Shown: positions 27,590 to 37,378, numbered from the stretch's first letter. The stretch: 64,000 nt of DNA from Beijerinckiaceae bacterium (GCA_947454485.1 CANGJJ010000012.1:1687-65686); one strand, 5' to 3'. Made by a program: numbers and translations. The notes: generated by a model from the sequence alone, not told the origin.

Positions 27590-28351
27590 TCAGAAGAAGC
27601 CAGCGTCCTTCACTGCGCGCCACAAAAGTTCGAGAGCCAGCAAGGTCAAGAAAACCTTCAAGATCGAGCGGAAGCGCTGTTCGGTTGTACGGGCAAGGGC
27701 GATTTCGCCCACCCAGTTCCCCACAGCCCCCGTGGCCACCATAGCAATCATGAGGGGCAGATAGGCCCAGATCGAAAAGCCGAGGAAGCCGAAGGCCACC
27801 AGCTTGGCAATATGCACGAAGGTCATCAAAGCGCCTTGCGTGGCCACATGGTTGCGCCGGTCAGGCGAGGCCGCCGCGATAAAGGGCGCAATCAATGTGC
27901 CCGTCGCGCTGACGAATACGCCCAAGAAAGTGGCCAGAAAACCCAGCACCGCAAAGCGGCCCTTCTCACCACCGATGCGGCCCAGCTTGGGCATCCAGGT
28001 GATGAACAAAATGAAGCCGCCGATGATCGCTTGCAGCGTATTGGGCGAGAGCGCGACGAAGGTCTTGGCCCCCACAAAGGCCCCCAGCGCCACACCCACA
28101 GCAAAGGAGGGCACGACCTGCTTCATCACATAGCGCCACATGATGACGGCGCGCGATATGCCCGAGCCCAGCTGCACCACCGTATGAACGGGGATCAACA
28201 CGCTGGGCGGCATCACAATCGCCATCAGTGCGAGCAAGATCACGCCGCCCGCTGTGCCAGTGAAGACACCGATGAAGGCTGTGACCATGGAAGCCGCTGT
28301 CAGGCCGAAGAAGAGCCAGGGGCCGATATCGGGCGTGCCCAGAAAGTCCAT
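27590..28351 (-). CDS. TauE/SafE-family (DUF81) anion exporter, sulfite-exporter-like
   Basis: 253 aa, multi-span. GTAGGVILLALM and PFIAAASP blocks are typical of TauE/SafE. Confidence 0.82.
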   Translation of the reverse strand: MDFLGTPDIGPWLFFGLTAASMVTAFIGVFTGTAGGVILLALMAIVMPPSVLIPVHTVVQLGSGISRAVIMWRYVMKQVVPSFAVGVALGAFVGAKTFVALSPNTLQAIIGGFILFITWMPKLGRIGGEKGRFAVLGFLATFLGVFVSATGTLIAPFIAAASPDRRNHVATQGALMTFVHIAKLVAFGFLGFSIWAYLPLMIAMVATGAVGNWVGEIALARTTEQRFRSILKVFLTLLALELLWRAVKDAGFF

Positions 28352-28369
28352 TGCAGCAGTCTCCCCTTT

Positions 28370-29596
28370 TTATTGTTGTGCGCGTTGGCGCAGCCACCAC
28401 GGAACCAAACCAAAGCCCATCATGATGAGCGAGGATGTTCCGCAGGTGATGATGAGTGGCCATACCGTACCATCAGCCATGATTCCATAGGCCTGAGTGG
28501 TCAGAAAGCCGCAGAGATTTTGCAGGCATACACCAATGCCCGAGGCTGTGCCGGCCAAGCGCGGATCAACGCCCATGGCGCCGGCCTGCGAATAGGGCAG
28601 CGAGAGGCCCTGCGCGAAAGTGATCATCAGACCGGGAAGAAAAACAGAGAGCGGCGACACAAGCCCCACCGCCAGCAGCACGCACATGGCAACAGCTGCA
28701 GCCAGCGACAGGACCGAGCCAATCAACACCATGTCTTCAATCTTGGCGCGTGAGCCCAGACGGCTCGACACAAAGTTGCCAAGGAAGAAGCCAACGGGAA
28801 AGGCTGTGAACCAGAGCCCATATTCCGAGGCAGGCCGGTCGAGCATTTCTTTCATGATGAAAGAGGCCGCCGCTGCCGTCACCATGAAGGCCCCGGTGCT
28901 GAAACCCGTCTGGCACACAAAAGAGGTGAAGCGCAGATGTTTGAAGAGCGAGACATAGCTTTGCGAAATGCTCGCCCCCGCCGCAAGGCCTGAGCCAGCG
29001 GGCTTGGTCTCATAAAGCACGAACCAAGCGCCAGATGCGATCAAACCACCCGAGACAAGCGCGAAAGCAAAGACGCTGCGCCAGCCAAACAGATCCACCA
29101 GAAAGCCTGTGGCAATGGGGGCGACCATCGGGCCGATTGTGTAGAACATGGTGAGATAGGCCAGCACTTTCACAAGCTGGTCTGGCCCATAGGCATCGCG
29201 CGCAATGGTGCGCACCAAAGTCATGCCGCAGCCCGCGCCAATCGCCTGCAACAAGCGCCCCAGAACAAGCGGCACGATGGAGGTGGCAAAGAACGAAACG
29301 AGAGAGCCCAGCAAGAACAGCGCGAGGCCAGAGAGCAGAACGGGGCGACGGCCAAAACGGTCTGACAAAGTCCCATAGACCAGCGTCGCCACCGCCATTC
29401 CAAAGAGCGCAACGCTGAAACTCAATTGGGCGAGCGCATCGGGAATGCCCAGCCCAATCTTCACGGCGGGGATCACAGGCATATAGGCATGGACGGCCAG
29501 CGGGCCGATCAAAGCGATGCTGGCAAGGCAGAAGGCAAACAGGCGTGTGGGATGACCAGTCATATGAGAGCCGGACCCTTGCCCGTTCGAATCCAT
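28370..29596 (-). CDS. MFS transporter (Bcr/CflA-like drug/metabolite exporter type)
   Basis: 408 aa, about 12 TM segments, MFS motif A is GTLSDRFGRRPVLL. Confidence 0.85.
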   Translation of the reverse strand: MDSNGQGSGSHMTGHPTRLFAFCLASIALIGPLAVHAYMPVIPAVKIGLGIPDALAQLSFSVALFGMAVATLVYGTLSDRFGRRPVLLSGLALFLLGSLVSFFATSIVPLVLGRLLQAIGAGCGMTLVRTIARDAYGPDQLVKVLAYLTMFYTIGPMVAPIATGFLVDLFGWRSVFAFALVSGGLIASGAWFVLYETKPAGSGLAAGASISQSYVSLFKHLRFTSFVCQTGFSTGAFMVTAAAASFIMKEMLDRPASEYGLWFTAFPVGFFLGNFVSSRLGSRAKIEDMVLIGSVLSLAAAVAMCVLLAVGLVSPLSVFLPGLMITFAQGLSLPYSQAGAMGVDPRLAGTASGIGVCLQNLCGFLTTQAYGIMADGTVWPLIITCGTSSLIMMGFGLVPWWLRQRAQQ

Positions 29597-29683
29597 AGAG
29601 ATCGAAGATTAGTAGCCCAACCCCATGTCCAAGGCTACCATTCACGAGGACGTGCGTGACATTTTCATATGTTCTGAGTAATA

Positions 29684-29709
29684 AGCGCTCACTTGATGTC
29701 AGCGCTCAC
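29684..29709. promoter_or_regulatory. Direct repeat AGCGCTCAC x2 in a divergent promoter region
   Basis: AGCGCTCAC occurs at 29684-29692 and again at 29701-29709 (17-bp periodicity). It lies between the MFS gene (-) and the Bug gene (+). The function is not established. Confidence 0.2.
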
Positions 29710-29756
29710 GGCACGTGTCGCAGACTTGGAAACCCGAACGAGAACCGGAGGAAAAG

Positions 29757-30776
29757 ATGTTTGCACGTCCTGCCTCACGCCGCGCCGCACTGGCTGCCCT
29801 GCTGTGCCTCGCCGCCCCTGCTGCTTTTGCGCAGGATGCGCTCTTCGCCGGCAAAACGGTCACCATCTATATCGGCAACACCGCTGGCGGCAGCTATGAC
29901 CTCTATGGCCGCATCGTGTCGCGCTATCTGGGCAAACATCTGCCGGGCAATCCCAGCGTCATCGCCTCCAATATGCCGGGCGCTGGCACGCTGAAGGCTG
30001 CCAATTACATCTACTCAGTCGCACCCAAAGACGGCACTGCGATTGGTGTGGTGACCGAAACGCTCGCGCTGGAACAGGCCGTCGCCAATCCTGCCGTGCA
30101 GTTTGATGCTGCCAAATTCCTCTGGGTCGGCCGTGCGGCCTCCTCCAACAATATCCACTTCCAGTGGCACACCGCCAAAGTGCAGTCGATTGAGGAAGCC
30201 AAGAAGACTGAGACAGCTGTGGCTGCAGCAGGTGCTGGCAATATTTCCGAAGTGGTTCCGAAGCTGCTCAATGCCGTCATCGGCACACGCTTCAAAGTCA
30301 TCTCAGGCTATCCCGCTTCTGCTGAAGGCATGCTCGCTATGGAGCGCGGCGAGGTTGAGGGAACCGCTGGTTCGTGGGCGTCGGTCAAGATCACCAAGAA
30401 GGCGTGGCTCGACGAGAAGAAGATCAAGATCATTCTGCAGGATGTTCCCACGCGCAGCCCCGAACTGCCGGATGTGCCCGCCCTTGGCGAATTGGGTGAT
30501 ACGCCCGATGACAAGGCGATCCTTGGCCTTTACGCCAGTGGCGGCGCGGTTGGCCGCGCCTTCATGGTGCCCCCCGGCACACAGCCCGCCGCTTTGAAGG
30601 CGCTGCAGGATGGCTTTGCTGCGCTGATGAAGGATCCTGAGTTCCTTGCCGAAGCCGCAAAGGCCAATCTCGATATTGAATATTCTTCGCCGCAGGCGCT
30701 TGGCGAAGAGATCCGCAAGACTTTGGCAACACCGCCGCAGGTCATTGCGCGCGCCAAGGCAATTTTCGGCCGCTAA
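29757..30776 (+). CDS. Bug-family (TctC-like) substrate-binding protein
   Basis: ORF track 29715..30776. The ATG at 29757 follows GGAGGA. MFARPASRRAALAALLCLAAPAAFAQ is the signal peptide. GGSYDLYGRIVSRYLGKHLPGNPSVIASNMPGAGT. Confidence 0.88.
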   Translation: MFARPASRRAALAALLCLAAPAAFAQDALFAGKTVTIYIGNTAGGSYDLYGRIVSRYLGKHLPGNPSVIASNMPGAGTLKAANYIYSVAPKDGTAIGVVTETLALEQAVANPAVQFDAAKFLWVGRAASSNNIHFQWHTAKVQSIEEAKKTETAVAAAGAGNISEVVPKLLNAVIGTRFKVISGYPASAEGMLAMERGEVEGTAGSWASVKITKKAWLDEKKIKIILQDVPTRSPELPDVPALGELGDTPDDKAILGLYASGGAVGRAFMVPPGTQPAALKALQDGFAALMKDPEFLAEAAKANLDIEYSSPQALGEEIRKTLATPPQVIARAKAIFGR

Positions 30777-30800
30777 GCCAGCCGACAAAAGATAGAGCTT

Positions 30801-30840
30801 GAACGGCGCGTCCCAACTGGCAGGGCGCGCCGTTCGTGTT
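30801..30840 (+). terminator. Hairpin after the Bug gene and upstream of copA (probable terminator)
   Basis: GAACGGCGCG (30801-30810) pairs perfectly with CGCGCCGTTC (30826-30835) across a 15-nt loop, followed by GTGTTTAT. The U-tract is weak. Confidence 0.45.
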
Positions 30841-30867
30841 TATGTCTCTGATGGAAGCGAGGGACGC

Positions 30868-33270
30868 ATGAGCCTCATCAGCGACACAGCACAAGCTCCA
30901 CAATCAGACACTGTGCATCAGATCTCCCTGCCGATTGAGGGCATGACCTGCGCAACCTGTGCGGGGAGAGTGGAAAGCGCGCTCAGCGCCCTGCCCTCGG
31001 TGAGCGCCACAGTCAATCTGGCGGCTGAGAAAGCCGACATCCATTTCAATGCTGCGCAGATCTCGCCGGCCGATCTCGCCGCGGCCATCGAGCGCGCGGG
31101 CTATGATGTGCCCAGCGAAATGCTGGAGCTGAAAATTGGCGGCATGACCTGCGCCAGTTGCGTGTCACGCGTCGAACAGGCCTTGTCGCAGTCAAGCGGC
31201 GTCACTCAAGCCCTCGTCAATCTCGCGACCGAAAAAGCGCAAGTCACCGGCAAGCGCGGCCTCATGCGCCCGGCTGATCTTGTGGGTGCTGTTGAGCGTG
31301 CAGGCTATGAGGCGCAGATCCTCACAGGCGATCATGCGCGCGATGCGCAGCTGGCGGCCGCTGATGATGAGCGCCTTGCCAATGAGCGTTTGCGCGTCAT
31401 CATCGCGCTCGCTTTATCTTTGCCGCTCACTCTGCCGATGTTTGGCGTGATGCTCTCGCCCTGGTTGCAGCTGGCGCTCGCCACGCCCGTGCAATTTGTT
31501 TTGGGCTGGCGCTTTTATGTCGCGGGCTGGAAGGCTGTGCGCGCGGGCGCGGGCAATATGGATCTGCTCGTCGCGCTCGGCACCACGGTGGCTTATGTCT
31601 ACAGCCTGTGGCTGATGACGCAGCCCCATGCGCATCATTTCTATTTTGAAGCCGCTGCCATTGTCATTGCGCTCGTGCGTTTGGGCAAATGGCTGGAGAG
31701 CCGCGCCAAGCGTTCAACCACCGCCGCCATTCGCTCCTTGATGGCCTTGCGCCCGGAGACCGCGCGTGTGGAACAGGGCAGCAGCGAGGTCGAAGTCCCC
31801 GTTGCCTCTGTCATGGTTGGCGACATTGTTGTCGTGCGCCCCGGCGAGCGTATGCCCGTTGATGGGCGCGTGCGCGCAGGTGCGAGCGCTGTGGATGAAA
31901 GCCTGCTGACAGGCGAAAGCCTGCCGGTTGAAAAGACTGTGGGCGATCACGTCACAGGCGGCTCGATCAATGGCGAGGGCCTGCTGCGTGTGGAGACCAC
32001 CGCAACGGGAGATGCCTCAACACTGGCGCGCATCATCGCCTTGGTTGAACATGCGCAGGCCAATAAAGCGCCCGTGCAAAAGCTGGTGGACCGCGTGGCC
32101 GCCATCTTCGTGCCAATCGTGATTGTCATTGCTGCACTGACTTTCGTGGTCTGGTGGCTCATGGGTGATGCGGCAGGCGGCCTTTTGGCGGCAGTCTCCG
32201 TCATGGTCATCGCTTGTCCTTGCGCGCTTGGCCTTGCCACACCAACCGCCTTCATGGTCGGCACGGGTGCAGCGGCGCGCGCAGGCATTCTCATTCGCGA
32301 TCAAGAGGCGCTGGAGCGCGCCCATTCACTCGACACAGTGGTGCTCGACAAGACAGGCACGATCACGCAAGGCAAGCCCAGTGTGACGCAGATTGTGGCG
32401 CGCGGCATGAGCGAAGACGAATTGCTGCTGCTCGTTGCTGGTGCACAACAAGGCAGCGAACATCCCCTCGCCCATGCGATTTTGGCGCGCGCGCAGGGCA
32501 AAGCGCTGCCGCATCTGGAAAGCCTGCGCAATCGCACCGGCATGGGGCTTGAGGCAAATGTTGCAGGCCGCCATCTTGTCATCGGCAACCGCGCTTTGCT
32601 GAGCGAGCGTGCGATGGATCTGGCAAGCCTCGAACAACAGGCCGTCACTCTGGAACTGCAGGGCCATACGGTCATGTGGATTGGTGATGCTGCCCAATCG
32701 CAGCTGCTCGGCATTATCGCTGTGCGTGATGAGTTGAAGCCAGGCGCCAAACAGGCGGTGCACGATCTGGCGCGTCTCAACATCAAGACAGTGCTTCTGA
32801 CAGGCGATAATGAGCGCACGGCCGCTGTCGTGGCGGCCGAGGTTGGGATCGACACGGTGAAAGCTGGCGTCTTGCCTGCTGGCAAAGCCGCTGAGATCGA
32901 GGCCCTGCGCCAACAAGGCCATCATGTCGCGATGGTGGGCGATGGTGTGAATGATGCCCCTGCCCTTGCGGCAGCTGATGTGGGCATGGCGATGGGTACA
33001 GGCGCTGATGTCGCCATGAATACGGCGGCCATTACTTTGATGCGCGGCGATCCGCTTTTGATCGCTGATGCCATTTCGATCAGCCGCGCGACCTATGCCA
33101 CGATCCGGCGCGGTCTGTTCTGGGCCTTCATCTATAATATCGTGGGCATTCCCTTGGCGGCAGCGGGCCTGCTGAGCCCCGTCTTTGCGGGAGCGGCCAT
33201 GGCGCTGTCATCGGTCAGCGTGGTTACTAATGCTTTGCTGCTGCGCCGCTGGCGGCCAAGCGCGAGCTAA
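30868..33270 (+). CDS. copA: Copper-translocating P1B-type ATPase with two N-terminal HMA domains
   Basis: ORF track 30799..33270. The ATG at 30868 follows GAGGGA. It has two GMTCxxC motifs ([24 protein letters not shown]). It also has the CPC membrane motif (IACPCALG), DKTGTIT and GDGVNDAP. Confidence 0.93.
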   Translation: MSLISDTAQAPQSDTVHQISLPIEGMTCATCAGRVESALSALPSVSATVNLAAEKADIHFNAAQISPADLAAAIERAGYDVPSEMLELKIGGMTCASCVSRVEQALSQSSGVTQALVNLATEKAQVTGKRGLMRPADLVGAVERAGYEAQILTGDHARDAQLAAADDERLANERLRVIIALALSLPLTLPMFGVMLSPWLQLALATPVQFVLGWRFYVAGWKAVRAGAGNMDLLVALGTTVAYVYSLWLMTQPHAHHFYFEAAAIVIALVRLGKWLESRAKRSTTAAIRSLMALRPETARVEQGSSEVEVPVASVMVGDIVVVRPGERMPVDGRVRAGASAVDESLLTGESLPVEKTVGDHVTGGSINGEGLLRVETTATGDASTLARIIALVEHAQANKAPVQKLVDRVAAIFVPIVIVIAALTFVVWWLMGDAAGGLLAAVSVMVIACPCALGLATPTAFMVGTGAAARAGILIRDQEALERAHSLDTVVLDKTGTITQGKPSVTQIVARGMSEDELLLLVAGAQQGSEHPLAHAILARAQGKALPHLESLRNRTGMGLEANVAGRHLVIGNRALLSERAMDLASLEQQAVTLELQGHTVMWIGDAAQSQLLGIIAVRDELKPGAKQAVHDLARLNIKTVLLTGDNERTAAVVAAEVGIDTVKAGVLPAGKAAEIEALRQQGHHVAMVGDGVNDAPALAAADVGMAMGTGADVAMNTAAITLMRGDPLLIADAISISRATYATIRRGLFWAFIYNIVGIPLAAAGLLSPVFAGAAMALSSVSVVTNALLLRRWRPSAS

Positions 33271-33326
33271 TCCGATCTTTACACTCTGCCGCCACACTCT
33301 GCCTCAGTGTTGCGTGAGGGTTGCGT

Positions 33327-34733
33327 ATGAGTGGCGTACTGCTGTCGCGGGCAGCCGGTGCGGATGGGGCTGTGGTCTCCTCCGATGCGGATCTGCGAGC
33401 CCAATTTGATTTGCTGCTGGCCAGTGGTGGCGGCTCTGCCCTCTGGCCCGATCCCGAGACGGGGCGCACGGCAGCGGGCTCGGCCCTGCAGCCAGCCGCC
33501 CATGAAATCTGGTTCTCCAGCACCGATGCCACCGCCCCCAGTGCACGCGCCCATGCCGATGCGCTCGCCATGCTGACGCGCGTCATGGGCACACAAGGCG
33601 CTGGCGGACTTACCCTGTCGCGCTGGTTTGAAAATCTGCGCGAGCGCATTGCGACCCTTTATGGGACGCAGGGCTCCACCGTCTTCCTCAGCCCCTCCAT
33701 CCATGCCGCGCGCAATCTTGCCCGCGCCATCGCCTATGCCATCCATGGCACGCGCTTGGGCGAGCTGAGCGCCGGTCACAGCGAAAGCTCCGACTTTCCC
33801 GCGCCTGAGAACTTGATGGATGTCGCCTTGCGCGGCAATGACGGTCTGCCGCGCGACATGGCAGCGATCGAGGCTGAAGCGCTTGATCTTGCCGCCTCGC
33901 TCGACAGTCCACTCTTCATTCATCTGCTGCATCGCTCACGCGGCGGCCTCAGAGGCCTGTCGCAAGATTGGGCGCAAGAGGTCGCGCGCTTCAGCGAGAT
34001 CTTCCTGCTTGTTGATGCGAGCGCCATGCGCGCTGAGCCTGACGAATTGCAGGCCGAATTGCACAAGGGGGCCTGCGTTCTCATTGCAGGCTCGACCTTC
34101 CTCAGCGGGCCTGAAGGCTGCGCTGCGCTGATCGTGCCCAATGAGCTGTTGCATCTCATGTGCCACCAACCGCCTGCCGATCTGGTGGAGGAGCTGCGCG
34201 CTTATGATCTGCCCTTCTATTGGCGTGAGCCACTGCTGGGCCGCATCGCGGGCCGCGTCAATCTTGGTCTGGGTCTGCGCTGGAGTGCGGCTTTGAGTGA
34301 GGCGGAGCGCTATCACGCCAGTTCGATTGCTGTGCGCATGGCGGTGCTCGATACATTCACGCAAAAGGTACGCACACGCCTGACACGCTGCGAACAGATG
34401 CTGCCGGACGCTTATTTCGATGATGCAGATGCCTTGCGCGGGGCCATCGTGCCGCTCGTTCTGCCCGATCTGCGGGGCATCGAGGCGGTGGCTGTCGCCG
34501 ATGATCTGCGCCAAGCTTTGGCCATGCCACTTGATGATCAGGGCGATGCGATCTGCCATCTGGGAGCCGTGCTTGATCTGCAGGGCCAGGCGGCTTTGCC
34601 TTTGTCAGCCTCAGCAAGCATGGTGAGCGATGTGGCGGAGCGGATCGCGCGCGGCACCAGCTTTGAGCGCGCCGTGGCGCCTTTGCTACGCGATGTTGAT
34701 ACGCTCTTCCTCAAGCTTGAGAGACTGGGCTGA
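33327..34733 (+). CDS. Hypothetical protein, possibly an aminotransferase class V-like (PLP fold type I) domain lacking the canonical Schiff-base lysine
   Basis: A 468-aa uninterrupted frame (ORF track 33321 TTG; ATG at 33327). GSTVFLSPSIHAARNL resembles the class V 'ftsgaTea.n' block. LLVDASAMR...(27 aa)...IAGSTFLSGPEGCAALIVP resembles 'vlvDaaQ...SGHKxxGPxGxGxL', but with T where K is expected. Recognition is by memory only. Confidence 0.45.
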   Translation: MSGVLLSRAAGADGAVVSSDADLRAQFDLLLASGGGSALWPDPETGRTAAGSALQPAAHEIWFSSTDATAPSARAHADALAMLTRVMGTQGAGGLTLSRWFENLRERIATLYGTQGSTVFLSPSIHAARNLARAIAYAIHGTRLGELSAGHSESSDFPAPENLMDVALRGNDGLPRDMAAIEAEALDLAASLDSPLFIHLLHRSRGGLRGLSQDWAQEVARFSEIFLLVDASAMRAEPDELQAELHKGACVLIAGSTFLSGPEGCAALIVPNELLHLMCHQPPADLVEELRAYDLPFYWREPLLGRIAGRVNLGLGLRWSAALSEAERYHASSIAVRMAVLDTFTQKVRTRLTRCEQMLPDAYFDDADALRGAIVPLVLPDLRGIEAVAVADDLRQALAMPLDDQGDAICHLGAVLDLQGQAALPLSASASMVSDVAERIARGTSFERAVAPLLRDVDTLFLKLERLG

Positions 34734-34769
34734 GCGCCTATATGCCTCAGCTGCAACAAGGTGAGTGAC

Positions 34770-35459
34770 ATGATCGAACTGCATTACTGGCCCACACCCA
34801 ATGGCCACAAGATCACGATCTTTCTGGAAGAAGCGGGCCTGCCCTATCGCATTCATCCCATCGACATCGGCAAGGGCGCGCAATTTGATCCTGCCTTCTT
34901 GAAGATTGCGCCCAACAATCGCATCCCCGCGATCCGTGATCTCAATCCTGCTGATGGCGGGGCGCCTCATTCAGTGTTCGAGTCAGGTGCGATCCTTGTC
35001 TATCTCGCGCAAAAGATCGGCCGCTTCTTGCCTGAGGAGATGCGCGCGCGCTCGCATGTGATGGAATGGCTGTTCTGGCAGATGGGCGGCCTTGGCCCCA
35101 TGGCCGGCCAGAACCATCACTTCAACCAATATGCGCCTGAGAAAATTCCTTATGCGATGGAGCGCTACACCAAAGAGACCAATCGTCTTTATGGTGTGCT
35201 GGATCGCCAACTTGCCAACCATGCTTTTGTAGCGGGCGAATATTCTATCGCCGATATGGCCTGCTATCCGTGGATCGTGCCGCATCAGCGCCAGCAGCAA
35301 AATCTCGATGATTTCCCGCATGTGAAGCGCTGGTTTGAGGCCATGGCCAAACGCCCCGCCGTCATGCGCGCTTATGCCAAAGGCGAGGGTTTGCGCGAAG
35401 AAGGCATGTCGGAGGCCGCCAAGAAAATTCTCTTCGGCCAGACCGCCAAACGCGACTGA
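34770..35459 (+). CDS. Glutathione S-transferase, Nu-class (YfcG/YghU-like)
   Basis: ORF track 34761 (GTG). The ATG at 34770 follows AAGGTGA. MIELHYWPTPNGHKITIFLEEAGLPY...FDPAFLKIAPNNRIPAI...FESGAILVYLA. Paralog of 50396..51034. Confidence 0.88.
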   Translation: MIELHYWPTPNGHKITIFLEEAGLPYRIHPIDIGKGAQFDPAFLKIAPNNRIPAIRDLNPADGGAPHSVFESGAILVYLAQKIGRFLPEEMRARSHVMEWLFWQMGGLGPMAGQNHHFNQYAPEKIPYAMERYTKETNRLYGVLDRQLANHAFVAGEYSIADMACYPWIVPHQRQQQNLDDFPHVKRWFEAMAKRPAVMRAYAKGEGLREEGMSEAAKKILFGQTAKRD

Positions 35460-35461
35460 GT

Positions 35462-36229
35462 TCAAATACTGCGCGCAGCGGCGAGACCCTCTGCGCGCTG
35501 GGCTTCTTCTTCGAGCGTCCCTTCGACGCGGCGCGCGCTCTCCATCAGCACATCTGACAGGCGCGTAATATCAGCCTCGCTACATTGCTCGCGCGGGAGA
35601 ACAAGGCTGATGCTGGCGAGCACGCCGGTGCCCTTGCGCAGGATCGGCGCGGAGATACCCACGACATCGCGGTCAATCTCACCGCTCGACACACAGACCC
35701 CGCGTCGACGCACCATCTGTAATTCATTGCGGAAGGCGACGTCTTTGGCTGCGGGCCATTGTTCGGCGAGACGATTGAAGCGGCGCGTGGGCAAATGCGC
35801 GAGAATGACTTTGGAGGTCGCGCCCTGTGTCAGGGGCATGGGGCGGCCCGGCTCATAGCTTGAGCGGAACATGGCGCCGGGGGAAGATTCATCGGCCACG
35901 CACATGACCTGATCATTATAGAGACGGCACAGTAGGCCCACGCAGGGCATCTGCGCCGCGCGCACCGCATCTTGCAGCGCCGCGCGCCCCGCTTTGAGCA
36001 GAGGATCGGTGAGGCGCAACAGGCGGCCAAATTCAAAGAAGACCGAGCCCAGCCGATAGCGGGCCTCGCTGGCGGATTCGAGGAAGTTCTCGGCCAGAAG
36101 ATCGTGGATTGTTCGGTAGACCGTGCTTTGCGGCACGCCCAAGGCCTCAGCCATATCCGGCACGGTCCACTCACTGTGAGACTGTGTGAAGAGGCGCAGG
36201 ACGGCAGTGTAGCGGTCGAGCCCAGCCAT
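35462..36229 (-). CDS. IclR-family transcriptional regulator
   Basis: ORF track 35462..36286, ATG at 36229. The winged HTH is WTVPDMAEALGVPQSTVYRTIHDL, with a C-terminal IclR effector domain. It is the only recognisable transcription factor in the window. Confidence 0.88.
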   Translation of the reverse strand: MAGLDRYTAVLRLFTQSHSEWTVPDMAEALGVPQSTVYRTIHDLLAENFLESASEARYRLGSVFFEFGRLLRLTDPLLKAGRAALQDAVRAAQMPCVGLLCRLYNDQVMCVADESSPGAMFRSSYEPGRPMPLTQGATSKVILAHLPTRRFNRLAEQWPAAKDVAFRNELQMVRRRGVCVSSGEIDRDVVGISAPILRKGTGVLASISLVLPREQCSEADITRLSDVLMESARRVEGTLEEEAQRAEGLAAARSI

Positions 36230-36386
36230 ATCGATTCCCGGTGCTAACGCCCTTGTGATGGCGTCCCGCACCCACACTGTCAACACAAGGCAAAAAGTGG
36301 GCGGGGCGACTGTTCGCTTCGGCCGCCCTTATGCTAGGCTCCCCCCAAGCAAAAGGCCCTCAGAGGCCATCAGGGGAGGATCGTAA

Positions 36387-37340
36387 ATGGCATCCTGGAC
36401 GCGTTCCCTCATTGGCGCTTGTGCGGCGCTTGTTCTGGCGCAATCGGCCCAAGCACAAGATCTGCTGAAGCTCGCCGTTCCCCAGCGCGGCAACTGGGAC
36501 ACTGGCATTCCTGATGTTGGCATGCGCGCGGGCATCTTTGCCAAACACGGGCTGAAACTCGAAATCCTCTACACGGCGGGTGCGGGCGAAACGACACAAG
36601 CCGTCATTTCGGGCAGCGTGGATATTGGTACGGGCACAGGCACCAGCGGCATTCTGGCGGCCTTTGTGAAGGGGGCGCCTTTGCGTCCCATCTCGAGCCA
36701 GATGACGGGCGCTGACGACATCTTCTGGTATGTCGACGCCAAGTCGCCCATCAAGACGCTGAAAGATGCAGCGGGCAAGACCATGGCCTATTCGTCCAAT
36801 GGATCGTCGTCGCATCTGGGAACGCTCGCCTCGATCAAACAAGCGGGCGTTGACATCAAGGCGGTTGCCACAGGCACAGCGCAGACAACATTCACGCAGG
36901 TCATGTCAGGACAGATCGACATTGGCTGGGCGGCCCCGCCGAGTGTTGTGGATGATGTGCGCGCCAATCGCGTGCGCGTCATTGCCCGTTTGAGCGATGT
37001 GGAGGCGTTCAAGAACCAAACGATCCGCATGAATTTTGCGCATGTGAATGTCATCACCGGCAAGGCTGACCAGCTCAAGCGCTTCTTTGCCGCCTATGAG
37101 GAGACGCTGAATTATATGTATGCCGATCCCCAAGCGCTGAAGCTTTATGCTGACTATGCCGGCATCAGCGAGGATCAGGCGAAATTCATTCGCGACACTT
37201 ACTTCCCCAAGAACAATCTCCTGCCCCGCCGCATCGCCGGTCTCGACCACGCGATTACGGATGCCGTGACGATGAAATTCATCCCCGCTGCTTTGAGCAA
37301 AGAGCAGGAGGCTGAATTTTTGAAATTTTATTTGAAGTGA
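36387..37340 (+). CDS. Periplasmic substrate-binding protein, NMT1/SsuA-like family
   Basis: 317 aa. Signal peptide ...LVLAQSAQAQ/DL. Paralog of 42132..43088, sharing LKLAVxQRGxW...GIFxKHGLxLExLYTxGxGETxQAVISGSVDIG. Confidence 0.85.
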   Translation: MASWTRSLIGACAALVLAQSAQAQDLLKLAVPQRGNWDTGIPDVGMRAGIFAKHGLKLEILYTAGAGETTQAVISGSVDIGTGTGTSGILAAFVKGAPLRPISSQMTGADDIFWYVDAKSPIKTLKDAAGKTMAYSSNGSSSHLGTLASIKQAGVDIKAVATGTAQTTFTQVMSGQIDIGWAAPPSVVDDVRANRVRVIARLSDVEAFKNQTIRMNFAHVNVITGKADQLKRFFAAYEETLNYMYADPQALKLYADYAGISEDQAKFIRDTYFPKNNLLPRRIAGLDHAITDAVTMKFIPAALSKEQEAEFLKFYLK

Positions 37341-37378
37341 GGGAAGCCGGGGTTCGGCCGCCGGCAGTCGGGGCTTGT

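Noticed and set aside
27011-28753. 580-aa plus-strand ORF
   Set aside because: It runs antisense across three well-supported minus-strand genes (TauD-like, TauE-like, MFS). The product is R/H/G/Q-rich low-complexity sequence with no recognisable motif. This is a typical shadow ORF of GC-rich DNA.
30799-30867. CueR/MerR-type operator upstream of copA, and the longer TTG-started CopA
   Set aside because: The inverted-repeat geometry does not fit a MerR-type promoter, and no regulator gene is adjacent. The ATG at 30868 has a proper SD, and the extension would have to be translated through the hairpin.
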